Shown here: positions 46,849-64,000 of the stretch, in pieces
Position numbering within the stretch: position 1 is the first letter of the stretch
Layout: each line of letters opens with the position of its first letter
Assembly: GCA_030141605.1 (NCBI GenBank)
Contig: JAQGDQ010000358.1
Coordinates: 1-64,000, forward strand
Source of the DNA: Tubiluchus corallicola
Lineage: Eukaryota; Animalia; Priapulida
Length of the DNA: 64,000 nt
Direction of reading: 5' to 3'
Translations under genes and position numbers: made by a program
Notes under the pieces: generated by a model
What the model was told of the DNA's origin: nothing
Seen by the model: only the letters and a program-made list of their open reading frames with translations
Database searches by the model: none

Positions 46849-47961
46849 AACTGTTGCCTGTTAACTGTGCCATGGCAAACAATTGTTATCTTTGTCTTTG
46901 CGTAAGCAAAATGTAAGGTTAATCCGAATGTGATGAGGATATCTCTGACAGTTCAGTAGTCTTAGACTTGCAGCATTATTCTTAATAATGAAATAATAAC
47001 AAATCCTACCATTGAATGCTGATTCTGACCAATATAGACCTGAGGTGAACAAAAAGGCTGCCGTTGATTGCTGATTCTGACCTGTAGGCTGTAGGGTACC
47101 GAGATGAAAAAAGGTACGCAGTACAAAATGGCTCCGTCGTCTTTCTACTGTGCGAATATTTAGGTTAGGAGAAGCTTAGTATTTTCTTAAAAGTTTAATA
47201 AAAATGATCAATACAGTGCGTGGTTGGTAAATGAATAAATATTAGGTTTAAGAGCATTCTGCAGGCTCCTGAACATTTCATTTATGTATGTCGAACAAGT
47301 GTTATGCCAACTATTAAGTAATTGTTTGCACTTGACTGACTTAAGAATATAACACAAACACCTTTACAAGAATATTCCTACTACTAAAATCTGTCTATTC
47401 AGTTCCTTGATTATCAACAAAACATTCGAATTTTACAATTATCAACATATGTGTTTTCCGTTTTTAACAAAACTGCGTCCAAGGAGGAAAAAGAGAGAAC
47501 AGATACCGGAGGAAAAGCTGCCAATTTCACGACCAATAATCGATAATTAGTGAAAACCGCCAAAACACCAATGTATGACTAACGAACTCTGTGTGTCATA
47601 GACACTTAGAAAAGTTTTCCCGTATGTACAGGAACAGTGTGTTAGCATTCTTTTTTAAATGATTTACCACCGATATAGACATTATAATCAATAATCAGTT
47701 TTTTTTATATCTCGGAACAAAAACGCAATTTTAGGCGTGACGCCACCTATTCCATAGATGAGAACAAAATGAGATGAAAATGTGATCGGTTCACAATAAG
47801 TATTCGCTGCTCAGTGCGAAGAATCTTTCAAAAAAAATCGCCAAAATGATCTAAAATTTTATTCTGCAGGTTGAGTTGTAGAGAGCCTTGTTGGTTGCGC
47901 TTCTTAAAATATTTGGATGTGTATTTCAGAACTGGGACAACAGTGTGTTTCTTTTTTGTAG

Positions 47962-64000
<16,039 letters not shown>

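Overview
AT-rich, intron-rich, microsatellite-rich metazoan (invertebrate-like) genomic DNA. Three protein-coding genes were reconstructed by hand, exon by exon, with consistent splice phases. (1) A Mi-2/CHD3-4-5 chromatin remodeller on the minus strand: ATG at 19927, 27 exons in the window, running off the left edge. (2) A complete 6-exon TMEM26 on the minus strand (33303-25349, 349 aa). (3) A PLP-dependent group II aromatic amino acid decarboxylase with tyrosine decarboxylase signatures ([16 protein letters not shown]) on the plus strand, running off the right edge, probably with a ~310-aa N-terminal extension encoded partly by the orphan ORF at 40571-41292. Introns and intergenic DNA hold several MITEs (pogo/Tigger-, hAT-, MULE/foldback- and Harbinger-like), decayed Gypsy, LINE and Harbinger coding remnants, a 5S-derived fragment and many microsatellites. 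The most notable observations are the long Tdc N-terminus with a possible frame-switching acceptor choice, two recent partial exon+donor duplications (one with the donor destroyed), a tandem duplication with a templated-insertion junction, and a pair of CTCF-like motifs next to the CHD promoter. No prokaryote-type system (CRISPR, operon) is present. Nothing here is a demonstrably new biological system; the findings are hypotheses to test.
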